A stretch of DNA of 64,000 bases from a virus. Made by a program: the position numbers and the translations under genes. The notes under the pieces are model-generated. The model did not search any database and was not told where the DNA came from. It worked only from the letters and a program-made list of their open reading frames with translations. Below, one piece after another: positions 18,548-27,269 of this stretch. The stretch is taken from positions 32,001 to 96,000 of IMG/VR virus record IMGVR_UViG_3300005264_000040; one strand, given 5' to 3'. Positions within the stretch are counted from its first letter, which is position 1; every line of letters begins with the position of its first letter.

Positions 18548-18992
18548 AAAAATAATAGAAGAAAAAAATAATCAACCACATGAAGAATATATAGAATTAA
18601 TTGATGAAAATACAAGGTTAGATCTTGAAGCATTTGCAGAAGAAATTCAAGAATATCCAAAAGAAAAAGTTGAAGAACTAATAAGCCATACATACGTAAA
18701 ACTTTTAAATATTGCAACATTCGGACTTTCTACACCAAATGAAGGAATTACTTTGAAAGGATATGTTCATATGATGTTGAACACTATTTTGAAATTAAAA
18801 CTTCTTATGGAATTGTATCCTGGATATAACGAGTCATTAATAAACATGCATAGCAACGTGGTTTCTGGAAAATACACAGGAAGTAATGCTGATGGAAATG
18901 TTCATATTTATTTTAAAGCCAAAACAAATTCAGCTCTTGCTGATAAAATGTTTAAAATTTTGAAGAATATTGAAGAATTCATGAGGCCTTGA
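18516..18992 (+). CDS. hypothetical protein
   Basis: 158-aa ORF, SD AAGGAG. Confidence 0.7.
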   Translation: MKKEILEKITKKIIEEKNNQPHEEYIELIDENTRLDLEAFAEEIQEYPKEKVEELISHTYVKLLNIATFGLSTPNEGITLKGYVHMMLNTILKLKLLMELYPGYNESLINMHSNVVSGKYTGSNADGNVHIYFKAKTNSALADKMFKILKNIEEFMRP

Positions 18993-19429
18993 GGGGGGAA
19001 AAAATGAAAGATATAATTATTTATAGAACATCAGAAAGGAATATATTAGTAAGGATAGAAAAACTATTGCGTTTATTAAAATATAAAAATTTGATAGAAG
19101 GATACGTAAGAGAAGAAGAAGGATACGATTATATTTTTTATTTGGACGTAGTGAAAAAAGAATATTTTATAATGGATTATCATCAGTTATATACTTCTAT
19201 TACTTTAGGGATTCCTTTGGAATTGGATGTTTCAAAGTGGAGAAGAAGAAGCGTTTCTACTTTCTTTGAATTAGAAACATTTATAAAGGAAAATATTATA
19301 GACCAGCTTACAGAAGAAAATTTAAATAATATTTTGAAATATTATATTTATGAAAAAACTTTTGAAACTTCAAATCCGCACATTCTAAAAAAAACTAATA
19401 TAAAGATAAGAGAATGGCAACACAAATAA
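18989..19429 (+). CDS. hypothetical protein
   Basis: 146-aa ORF; likely ATG 19004 after GAGGGGG. Confidence 0.65.
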   Translation: MRGEKMKDIIIYRTSERNILVRIEKLLRLLKYKNLIEGYVREEEGYDYIFYLDVVKKEYFIMDYHQLYTSITLGIPLELDVSKWRRRSVSTFFELETFIKENIIDQLTEENLNNILKYYIYEKTFETSNPHILKKTNIKIREWQHK

Positions 19430-19434
19430 ATGAT

Positions 19435-19463
19435 TTGACAAAAATCGCATAATATGGTAGAAT
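19435..19463 (+). promoter_or_regulatory. sigma70-type promoter
   Basis: TTGACA-N17-TAGAAT with extended TG. Confidence 0.8.
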
Positions 19464-19498
19464 AGAATAGCAATAACTTCTAGGAAGGGAGTAAAAAG

Positions 19499-19864
19499 AT
19501 GAGTGCATTAACTGATAAAATGGCTATAGTAAAGTCTGTATTTATTCAGAATTTTGTGCAGGAATTTGCGCATTTTGAAGTTAAAAAAGGGACACAAGAA
19601 ATGAAGTTTATAGAATTTAAAAACAAGGGGAACTTTGCGGAAATCTTTGCAAAAAAAGTTATATTTTACGAATTCATGTTATTAGATGAAGAAATGAAAA
19701 AATACAGAGAAGAATTTAAAGAATACGAACCAAAATTTATTCAAGAATTGCTTGATTACACTCAAAATATTTTAGAAGGACAATTTGAACAAAAACCTGA
19801 AGATTTTACTCTTCCTACAGTGGATGAAATAATGGAAGAAATAAAGAAAAACAGGAATTACTAG
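19499..19864 (+). CDS. hypothetical protein
   Basis: 121-aa ORF, SD AAGGGAG. Confidence 0.7.
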   Translation: MSALTDKMAIVKSVFIQNFVQEFAHFEVKKGTQEMKFIEFKNKGNFAEIFAKKVIFYEFMLLDEEMKKYREEFKEYEPKFIQELLDYTQNILEGQFEQKPEDFTLPTVDEIMEEIKKNRNY

Positions 19865-19880
19865 AAAGGAGTGGTTAGGT

Positions 19881-20345
19881 ATGATGAGAGTGACGATACC
19901 ATTGGGGTATGTTGGGAAGTTTTATGATTCATTTCAGTATCAAAATGGGACGATAGTAAAAAGGTTTAATTTTAGTACAAGAAAAGGATATCAAGGAAAG
20001 AACGATCCAGAAAAATATATGTATTTCACTTTAAAAGTTATAGGGAAACCGGATCATTTTAAATGGCCACACTTAGTTGAAAATGCAAAAATAGCGATTT
20101 TAAATGGTTCTTATAATGTAGAAACTTATGTAGATCAAAATCAACAGAAACAAAGGAAACATGTAATAGAAGCGCATATTTCAGATATAGAATTTGTGCA
20201 AACTTTTGAAAAACAAAACGTACAGCAACCAGTAACACAGCAACCAACTCCACAACCAGTTCCACAACCAGTTCCACCTGTGCAGCAGACTGTACAACAA
20301 CCTTTACCACAACAAACTTATTACAATCCACCAGTTCAACCGTAA
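19881..20345 (+). CDS. single-stranded DNA-binding protein-like (OB fold) with Q/P-rich tail
   Basis: RFNFSTRKGY...YFTLKVIGK...ILNGSYNVETYVDQNQQKQRKHVIEA follows the SSB strand pattern; located in the replication module. Confidence 0.6.
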   Translation: MMRVTIPLGYVGKFYDSFQYQNGTIVKRFNFSTRKGYQGKNDPEKYMYFTLKVIGKPDHFKWPHLVENAKIAILNGSYNVETYVDQNQQKQRKHVIEAHISDIEFVQTFEKQNVQQPVTQQPTPQPVPQPVPPVQQTVQQPLPQQTYYNPPVQP

Positions 20346-20360
20346 TAAGGGGTTGATTAA

Positions 20361-20561
20361 ATGTTATTTGATAATGTGAAAAAATTTTTACAAGAATTAG
20401 ATAAAGTTTCGTCAGAAAAAGGTGAATTAGAGGATAAAGATATGTATGACGCTTTTTCAACAGCATTCAAAGATGAAGCTGGAAGAATAAAAAGAAAATA
20501 TAAAAAACAAAGTGTATTAAAAGAAATGGAAGAAATATTCAATAAAGGAGGAGAAAAATAA
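20361..20561 (+). CDS. hypothetical protein
   Basis: 66-aa ORF, RBS AAGGGGTTG, TAATG coupling to next gene. Confidence 0.6.
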   Translation: MLFDNVKKFLQELDKVSSEKGELEDKDMYDAFSTAFKDEAGRIKRKYKKQSVLKEMEEIFNKGGEK

Positions 20562-21019
20562 TGGATATAAACGATTTTTTGAAAGCAGGGCCAAGCGACG
20601 CAAACGCAAATGCAAACCCAAACTTATCATTAGAAATAGCAACAATGAAACAACAATTACAAATGGTATTACACGATTTAGCAGCAACAACACAAATATT
20701 GCAGACTATGTCGAATATGACAATATTACCTCTTTACAAGATTTTATATGATAACGGCCTTATCAAAACAAAAGAAGATTTAATTGAAGCTATGAAAAGT
20801 AACGTAGATTTTGTATATGAAGCAGTAAAAGATGTACCAGAAATTGCAAGAGGTTTTGAACAAATGAAAAATGCAGTAGAAGTAAAAGCAGATGAAATTT
20901 GGTATTGGTTGCAAAACGATGATTCTCAATTAAAAGAAATTGTTGCTCAAGAAAAACAAAGAATAGAGGAAATTAAAGCTAAACAGGCATCTAATATTAT
21001 TAATCCATTTGGTGGATGA
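20561..21019 (+). CDS. hypothetical coiled-coil protein
   Basis: 152-aa ORF, SD AAGGAGG. Confidence 0.7.
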   Translation: MDINDFLKAGPSDANANANPNLSLEIATMKQQLQMVLHDLAATTQILQTMSNMTILPLYKILYDNGLIKTKEDLIEAMKSNVDFVYEAVKDVPEIARGFEQMKNAVEVKADEIWYWLQNDDSQLKEIVAQEKQRIEEIKAKQASNIINPFGG

Positions 21020-21035
21020 GAAATTGCATGAATTG

Positions 21036-21066
21036 CCGCAGTCTTTATGACTGCGGTTTTTATTTT
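21036..21066 (+). terminator. intrinsic terminator
   Basis: ccgcagtc / gactgcgg stem, T-rich tail. Confidence 0.75.
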
Positions 21067-21083
21067 ATAAAGGAGGGATTAAT

Positions 21084-21251
21084 ATGTTAATATATTCAAT
21101 TATATGGTTCGATAGAGAAGGAAATTTTTCTTTGTTTGAAGAACATAGTTATGTAGATCCAGAAAAAGTAGAAGAGATAATTTCTATTAAGCAATTCACA
21201 GATGAAAACCATGCTTCATATAAAATTCTAACCACTGATATTATTAAATAA
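21084..21251 (+). CDS. 55-aa protein missing from the supplied ORF track
   Basis: SD AAGGAGGG then ATG 21084, MLIYSIIWFDREGNFSLFEE...TDIIK, TAA 21249-21251. Confidence 0.6.
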   Translation: MLIYSIIWFDREGNFSLFEEHSYVDPEKVEEIISIKQFTDENHASYKILTTDIIK

Positions 21252-21322
21252 GTCATTAGCATTTCAAATAAGAATATAGTAGAATATAAATTGGAATAAA
21301 AATCACATTCATTCCAGAAAGG

Positions 21323-21589
21323 GTGATAAAATTGAAATTAATATTCGGGCCAGATTCTTATGAAGTAACGGAAATTATTCCTAAAATGGTTTTCAACAAG
21401 AACGTTATTGCTCTAGATGATTTAATTCAAGAATACAAGAAGATTTTGAAAACGGATAAAAAATTAAGGTTGTCATTTATTAAAAAGAACGAAAAGGACT
21501 GGATCCTTATTTTACGAGTTTTAGAATTAGAACCTTGTACATATGCAACTGTATATTTAGAAAAAACAAAAGAGTTTGCAATTTCCTGA
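21323..21589 (+). CDS. hypothetical protein
   Basis: 88-aa ORF, RBS GAAAGGGTG. Confidence 0.6.
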   Translation: MIKLKLIFGPDSYEVTEIIPKMVFNKNVIALDDLIQEYKKILKTDKKLRLSFIKKNEKDWILILRVLELEPCTYATVYLEKTKEFAIS

Positions 21590-21597
21590 TTTAATCC

Positions 21598-21660
21598 TTG
21601 CAATTATATATTTTTTTTAGTATAATATATATATAAAACATAGCGTGACTACGCTATGTT
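21598..21660 (+). promoter_or_regulatory. promoter followed by perfect 10-bp 5' hairpin
   Basis: TTGCAA-N17-TATAAT; aacatagcgt / acgctatgtt inverted repeat at 21637-21660. Confidence 0.7.
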
Positions 21661-21690
21661 CATTTAATTCCGAAAGAAAGGAGATTTAAT

Positions 21691-22812
21691 ATGCGTTATT
21701 CGTATTCATCAATTTCTACTGCAAAAACTTGTCTTTATAAATGGTATTGGGAATATGTAAAAAGAGAAAGGATACCTTCAGGAAAAGCAGCGCAGGTAGG
21801 AAGTTCAATGCATGCAATTTTAGAAACATATTATAAAACTATACCTGGAAACAGTCATGACAAAAACCATTTATTAGAACTAGCAAAAGAAATGACAGTT
21901 GGTGCTGGCCATTCTCATAGAGAGGAAGTAATTTCTACTTTAAAAAAATTTGATTTAACTTTATTGCCCGAACCTATGTTTAGAAAATACATAGCTACAG
22001 AATTACAAATCAAATTAAATGAAAATTATGAGGTAGATGAAAATGCTGATTTCTTTATAGGAATAATTGATTTATTATATTATGATCCAACAACAAAGAA
22101 ACTTTGGGTTATTGATTATAAAAGCAATAAAAGGCCAAATGCCGACACACAACAATTAAAACTCTATAGTTATTTAGCTTATAAAGCTTTTAAAGGAAAG
22201 CTTGATATAAAGTCAATAACTACAAAATATGTTTATTTGAGATTAAACCAAACAATAGAAGATACACCAAATTTAGAGACATTAGAAGAAGATTTGGAAA
22301 CTTATTTAAAAGAAAACATAAATCATCTAAATTTCTTAGTAGAAAAAATTCCAGAAGAACCTACACCAGAACAGATAGCTGAAGTATTCAAACCAACGCC
22401 TAGCTGGTTATGCTCATGGTGTGGAGCAAGAGCAGCTTGTCCTTTATATCAGCACGGAATGCATGTTGCAAGAACTATAATAAAGAAAGAAAACACTGAA
22501 TATTCAATAGAGGAAATGGCTGCCTTTTTGATTATGCAAAAAACAATAGCAAAAGATATTGAACAGGCTTTAGCAGACAAACTTTCAGCTCAAAATCTTT
22601 TTGAATACAAATTTAATGGTAAAGAATTAATAGTTGAATATGAATACGATTTAGATTTTGAAAGCTTTGAAGATATAATCGTAAAAAATCATCCGGACAA
22701 AATATCATGGATTGAGAATCCTCCTTCTTACAATGAGCTAAGAAGAGTGCTAACATTCGAAGAATTCGAATCGTGCGTTATTTCAAAACCCAAGGGAGTA
22801 AAAGTCCGATAA
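21691..22812 (+). CDS. PD-(D/E)XK nuclease, Cas4/AddB-like (probable recombination exonuclease)
   Basis: YSYSSISTAKTC at N-terminus, GIIDLL, VIDYKS, QLKLY, C-terminal CSWC...C (1+3 Cys Fe-S pattern). Confidence 0.88.
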   Translation: MRYSYSSISTAKTCLYKWYWEYVKRERIPSGKAAQVGSSMHAILETYYKTIPGNSHDKNHLLELAKEMTVGAGHSHREEVISTLKKFDLTLLPEPMFRKYIATELQIKLNENYEVDENADFFIGIIDLLYYDPTTKKLWVIDYKSNKRPNADTQQLKLYSYLAYKAFKGKLDIKSITTKYVYLRLNQTIEDTPNLETLEEDLETYLKENINHLNFLVEKIPEEPTPEQIAEVFKPTPSWLCSWCGARAACPLYQHGMHVARTIIKKENTEYSIEEMAAFLIMQKTIAKDIEQALADKLSAQNLFEYKFNGKELIVEYEYDLDFESFEDIIVKNHPDKISWIENPPSYNELRRVLTFEEFESCVISKPKGVKVR

Positions 22813-22909
22813 ATTGCATAAAAAGATACTCCAGAAATAGCAACAAAGATGTAACATTCCATAAAAAATAGAGGAAATGCGGAGTTCGTGAATTTCTACT
22901 AAATGTAAC

Positions 22910-22951
22910 AAAATTGCGCCCTTTACAAGGCGCAATTTTTTGTGATATAAT
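22910..22951 (+). promoter_or_regulatory. terminator hairpin overlapping a promoter
   Basis: aaaattgcgcc / ggcgcaatttt stem with TTTACA (22922) in the loop and TG-a-TATAAT at 22943-22951. Confidence 0.55.
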
Positions 22952-23039
22952 ATATAGCGAACTAAAAAATAAGGGGAGTAAAAATAAAACCCCGAGCCCA
23001 AAAAGGAACCCGGGGACCCCAATCTAATAAAGAAAGGAG

Positions 23040-26000
23040 TTGAACAATATGAAATACAATAAAATAAAAATCCAAAAAGAAAGAAAAATTGACCCTAGAC
23101 TCAAATGGATTCCGGCAACAGCCATTGTAGCGGAATTCCGTGTATGCCCAAAATGCGGCGATGCAAAAGGACATTGTGGATACTACGAATTTGAAGATGG
23201 ATCAATAAGAGAATACTGTGTAAAATGCGAACATAAACACATATTCAAAACATCTTCAAAAAAATTATATCATGATGATGTTAAGGTTGTTTCACAAGAT
23301 TATTACAATATGATAAACAAGATAGAGAATATATATCCTTATTCTATCCGAACAGAGGATGAACTCGCATTTTTCGAATGGGCTAAGTCTAGAGGGTTTA
23401 ATGACGAGTTCTCTGAATATCTGTTCGGGCGTCGTTATTTTTATATGCAATCTCCATTATTTAATTCTGCATTGAAAAATTCTCCTGTTATTTCTATTCC
23501 TGTATATGACATTAGTGAAAGAATTGTCGGTGTTAGGTACAGAATGATTAATCCTGGCAAACACGGCAAATATTTATGGGATAGAAACTACAAAACCAAA
23601 CCAACTCCTTTCTATACTTTCGTTAGAGGTTCCAAACCTAAAATAGAAACTATTTATATTGTTGAAGGTGAATTTAAAGCTGAATTCATTTCATGGACTT
23701 CTGGTCAAGCAGCTTTAGGTATCATCGGGTTGGGGAATCTTAAGAATAAAAAAATAGCAGCAATACTTGAAAAATTCAAAGATTTAAAACAAGTTATCTA
23801 TGTACCAGATAGAGATGTATTTACTCAATGGCATAAATATGAAATGATAATGAAGGAAATGTTCTACCTTCAAAAACGTATTTATGGATTGAATGTAGAT
23901 GTTTTATATTGGCCGTTTTATGAAATTGAAAAGAATGGTTTTGATGATTATCTCCTTTCTTTGCAAAAAGGAGAAAAGCCTTTAACGTCTAAATTTAATA
24001 TAGAAGAGTTAGCAACTCCTTTAAAAGAAGAAGTAGAAAAACAGGTTGATATACTTCTTAAAAAAGATGATACTTTTAAATTTATTAAAAACAAAGAAGG
24101 TACTTCTTTGTTCGAAGTTATAAAACCTGAAATATCTACTTCTAGTACTTATACAGGAGAATCAAGAATTGAACTTTGGAGACAAGCTTTGTTAAAAAGG
24201 AAATTTGTATTGGATGTTTCAGGTACTGGTTCTGGTAAATCTCATACTACAGCTATCGATTTGAAAAAAGTTGTAGAAAAAGGCGGTTTTAAAGTTATTC
24301 CTAAAAAAATGACTAGAGAGGACGGTACTGAAGTAGAATATTTATCTACTCCGTTCAAAATTTTCTATGTTAGTCAATCTCCTATAAATCCTACTATTGA
24401 TAAATTTGATGAATGGTTCTTATACAGAGGGAGAACTCCTAACGGTCATTGGTATTCTGAAACATTAGAAAAATGGGAAGAAGCTCCTTCTCCTGATAAA
24501 GCTCATGAAGATTATCCACCAACATGTTTAAATCCGGATTTATATACTATTAGAGAAGATACTAATTCAAACTTATTTACTAATAACTATTGTGATTTAT
24601 TCTGTCCTATGAAAGAAAATTGTAATTATATTGCTCAAAAAAGAGAAATGATGGACAGAGAAACAAAATTTGTTAGAATTTCTTATAAATCATTGCCTTT
24701 AATGGATGAAACTTTGGTAATTATAGATGAATCTATAATTTTCTCACATCTTGAACATATTGAAATAAATCTTAATCATTTAGCTCAATTGAATTATGCT
24801 GCACATAGTGCAAAAGAATTATTAAGGCATGTTATTGTTTTAAACAATTCACACATGTTCGATGAAGAATTAAATAAAACATTATTAGAAGAAGAAGTAG
24901 AATCTACTGTTAAATTTTTCGAATTATTCTCTTTGTTTTTAAATTCAGCAAACTTTGGAAAATTGCAAGCTAAAAAGAACGCTACCTTTAAAGAAGTGCA
25001 TGATGCTTTTGCTGATTTCTTAGTAGAAAATGAATTAACTCCTCTTGAAAAATTAATAAATCCTTATTTCGATTTTGATTTTGAAAAAATGGAAAAACTT
25101 CTTGAATCACTTTTTATTTTAGGTAATGCAATAAAACAAAACAAAAACGGAAAATTACCAAGAGAAGCAAGAAAAGCAAAAAGATGGTTAGAAAAGAATA
25201 ACGTTAATTATTATGGCGTCTTAAACAATGTAGAAAATTATCATGAATTATTAAGGATAATGTACGCAATTAAAAGCATGGGACGCAACGGTTCTGTTTA
25301 TGTTGCAAATAAAAAATTGTTTGTTGTAGTACCAGATTTGAAAACATTGTCTTTATTGCAAAAAGTAAAAGACGGAAAAATCTATTTAATTATTTTAGAA
25401 GCTACTCCTAATAACCCTACAATTGAATATATTACTAAATTCCTGAACCCTGTTACTGTTGGGGATTATACTATTCCCAAAAACTTAACCCTGATTAAAA
25501 CAAAAGGTTTAGGTAAAATGACTTTTAAACCTACAAAGAAAAAATCAGAGAAGAGATTGGAATATATTAAAGAATTCCATGAAAAACGTTTTGGTGATAA
25601 AAAGAAAGGTATTATTACTTCACAAAAAGAAATTATATTAATGCATGATGAATTCAAGAAAGAATTCGTAAAATATGGATACTGGTTTAAAGATGATAGA
25701 GGAAGTAATAAATTCCAGGATGTAGAAGTATTATATCTGCAAACTCCTCCTATAAGAAACCTTGCTACGGTTTCTGGTGAAATAATTGCTTCAAACTATT
25801 CCCTTGAAGGGGAAAGTACTTTCATATTAAACCAAGTTGAAAAAGAACTTTCTAATACATATGTTCAGGCTGTTGGTAGATTAAGAGCTCATAGAAGAGC
25901 TAATAAAGATTTATATGTAGTTTTTACTGATGATATTCCTTTACCTTTTAGCGTAGATGAGGAAATTGAAATTGGTGATTATGTTGATAAATTGAAAAAA

Positions 26001-27269
26001 GGAAACAATGTTATTGAGAGATTGAATAAAGAAAAGCATAAACAAGCCTTACTCAGAATAGGTGAATTATATCGTTTCTTTGATTTTGTGTATAGACGTT
26101 TTATTCCTACAAAAACAATTGTTAAGTTTGCTGCTAAAAAATTCGAAATGAAAGAAGATTATGTACAACGAGTTTGGAGTGAATATTTAAAGAAAGTACA
26201 GCCAGTACCAAAAATTACAAATGAAGAGGAAATAGAAGCATTCAGAAAAGATTTTCAGCACATCCCAATTACAACTTCAAGTTTGGGATTTGCTAAAACT
26301 TTCTTATTATCAAAATTATTGTTAGATAATTTTATGGATAGTCCTGACAAAGGCAAATTCTGGCAGAGGTTAGGATTAAATCCTAAAAAATCAGATTATA
26401 ATAAGGGGGTAATTAGGCGCATGTTAAAACATTTTAATTTTGAGGAAGAAGATCCAGATGCTATTTTAAAAAGCATCGAAAAATCATTTGGCAGTGAAAT
26501 TATTGAACATATCGATAAATTAACGGAAGAATATGAAAAAACTTTAAACATGATAGAAGAGCACAAAGAAAATATGCAAATTGATAGATTTAAGTTGTTA
26601 AAGAAAGAAATGCCTAAATTAGAAAAATGGTTCTCAGATGACAAAATGCCAGATGCAAGTTTCAAAACAACTGGTCCGGATGGAAAACCAGTTTATATAG
26701 TTAGGAATCCAACTGATATGTACAGAGTAATGAATTTCATTTTAAGATTCGTAAATTCAGGAAAAAGATTAAAAATGATGGTTGATAAATTCTACAAAGA
26801 AGCACCAAAGGAAAAAGGTGTAAAACCTTTCTCATGGAAAGACAGACAAATTCTACATATGTATATTGATGTAGAAACTTATAAACCGAATGACGGTAAA
26901 TTTAGCAAACCAAAAGTATTTATGACAGAAGAAGAAATAGAAGCATTGCCTACAGATGATGTTATGGTTAGAACTATTACTTTAAGAATTCCGTTCTTGG
27001 ATAATGCAACATTCGTTTTTGATATAGAAAAAAGTGATCCTATAGCTAATGGTGCATTAGATACATATTACCACCCTATGAATTCTACAGATGTAAGATT
27101 CCATTTGCAACATTACGATGAATACAAAGCAAACAAAGAATTCTTAATGTCTAAAAGAGCAGAGTATTTAAAAGAAAGAACAGAACTTTTAGAAAAAATA
27201 AAAAGACAAGGTGTTCCTTTTCAAAGATTAAAAGAATTAGATGAAAAATATAATGGCAAGGATACATAA
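23040..27269 (+). CDS. primase-helicase fusion (Zn ribbon, TOPRIM, SF2-like ATPase) with C-terminal DnaQ-like ExoI motif
   Basis: CPKC..HC..CVKC; IVEGEFKA, YVPDRD, GFDDY (TOPRIM); GTGSGKS Walker A; 4-Cys cluster; IIDES; QAVGRLR; MYIDVETY near C-terminus. Confidence 0.8.
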   Translation: MNNMKYNKIKIQKERKIDPRLKWIPATAIVAEFRVCPKCGDAKGHCGYYEFEDGSIREYCVKCEHKHIFKTSSKKLYHDDVKVVSQDYYNMINKIENIYPYSIRTEDELAFFEWAKSRGFNDEFSEYLFGRRYFYMQSPLFNSALKNSPVISIPVYDISERIVGVRYRMINPGKHGKYLWDRNYKTKPTPFYTFVRGSKPKIETIYIVEGEFKAEFISWTSGQAALGIIGLGNLKNKKIAAILEKFKDLKQVIYVPDRDVFTQWHKYEMIMKEMFYLQKRIYGLNVDVLYWPFYEIEKNGFDDYLLSLQKGEKPLTSKFNIEELATPLKEEVEKQVDILLKKDDTFKFIKNKEGTSLFEVIKPEISTSSTYTGESRIELWRQALLKRKFVLDVSGTGSGKSHTTAIDLKKVVEKGGFKVIPKKMTREDGTEVEYLSTPFKIFYVSQSPINPTIDKFDEWFLYRGRTPNGHWYSETLEKWEEAPSPDKAHEDYPPTCLNPDLYTIREDTNSNLFTNNYCDLFCPMKENCNYIAQKREMMDRETKFVRISYKSLPLMDETLVIIDESIIFSHLEHIEINLNHLAQLNYAAHSAKELLRHVIVLNNSHMFDEELNKTLLEEEVESTVKFFELFSLFLNSANFGKLQAKKNATFKEVHDAFADFLVENELTPLEKLINPYFDFDFEKMEKLLESLFILGNAIKQNKNGKLPREARKAKRWLEKNNVNYYGVLNNVENYHELLRIMYAIKSMGRNGSVYVANKKLFVVVPDLKTLSLLQKVKDGKIYLIILEATPNNPTIEYITKFLNPVTVGDYTIPKNLTLIKTKGLGKMTFKPTKKKSEKRLEYIKEFHEKRFGDKKKGIITSQKEIILMHDEFKKEFVKYGYWFKDDRGSNKFQDVEVLYLQTPPIRNLATVSGEIIASNYSLEGESTFILNQVEKELSNTYVQAVGRLRAHRRANKDLYVVFTDDIPLPFSVDEEIEIGDYVDKLKKGNNVIERLNKEKHKQALLRIGELYRFFDFVYRRFIPTKTIVKFAAKKFEMKEDYVQRVWSEYLKKVQPVPKITNEEEIEAFRKDFQHIPITTSSLGFAKTFLLSKLLLDNFMDSPDKGKFWQRLGLNPKKSDYNKGVIRRMLKHFNFEEEDPDAILKSIEKSFGSEIIEHIDKLTEEYEKTLNMIEEHKENMQIDRFKLLKKEMPKLEKWFSDDKMPDASFKTTGPDGKPVYIVRNPTDMYRVMNFILRFVNSGKRLKMMVDKFYKEAPKEKGVKPFSWKDRQILHMYIDVETYKPNDGKFSKPKVFMTEEEIEALPTDDVMVRTITLRIPFLDNATFVFDIEKSDPIANGALDTYYHPMNSTDVRFHLQHYDEYKANKEFLMSKRAEYLKERTELLEKIKRQGVPFQRLKELDEKYNGKDT

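Noticed and set aside
21691-22812. Cas4-like nuclease as evidence of a CRISPR locus
   Set aside because: No cas1, cas2 or repeat-spacer array; solo Cas4-like exonucleases are common in phage replication modules
22891-22910. AATTTCTACTAAATGTAACA resembles a Cas12a direct repeat (16/20), a possible solitary-repeat anti-CRISPR RNA
   Set aside because: Single copy, the UCUAC/GUAGA stem is broken (GUAAC), and an AT-rich partial match is plausible by chance given many candidate motifs
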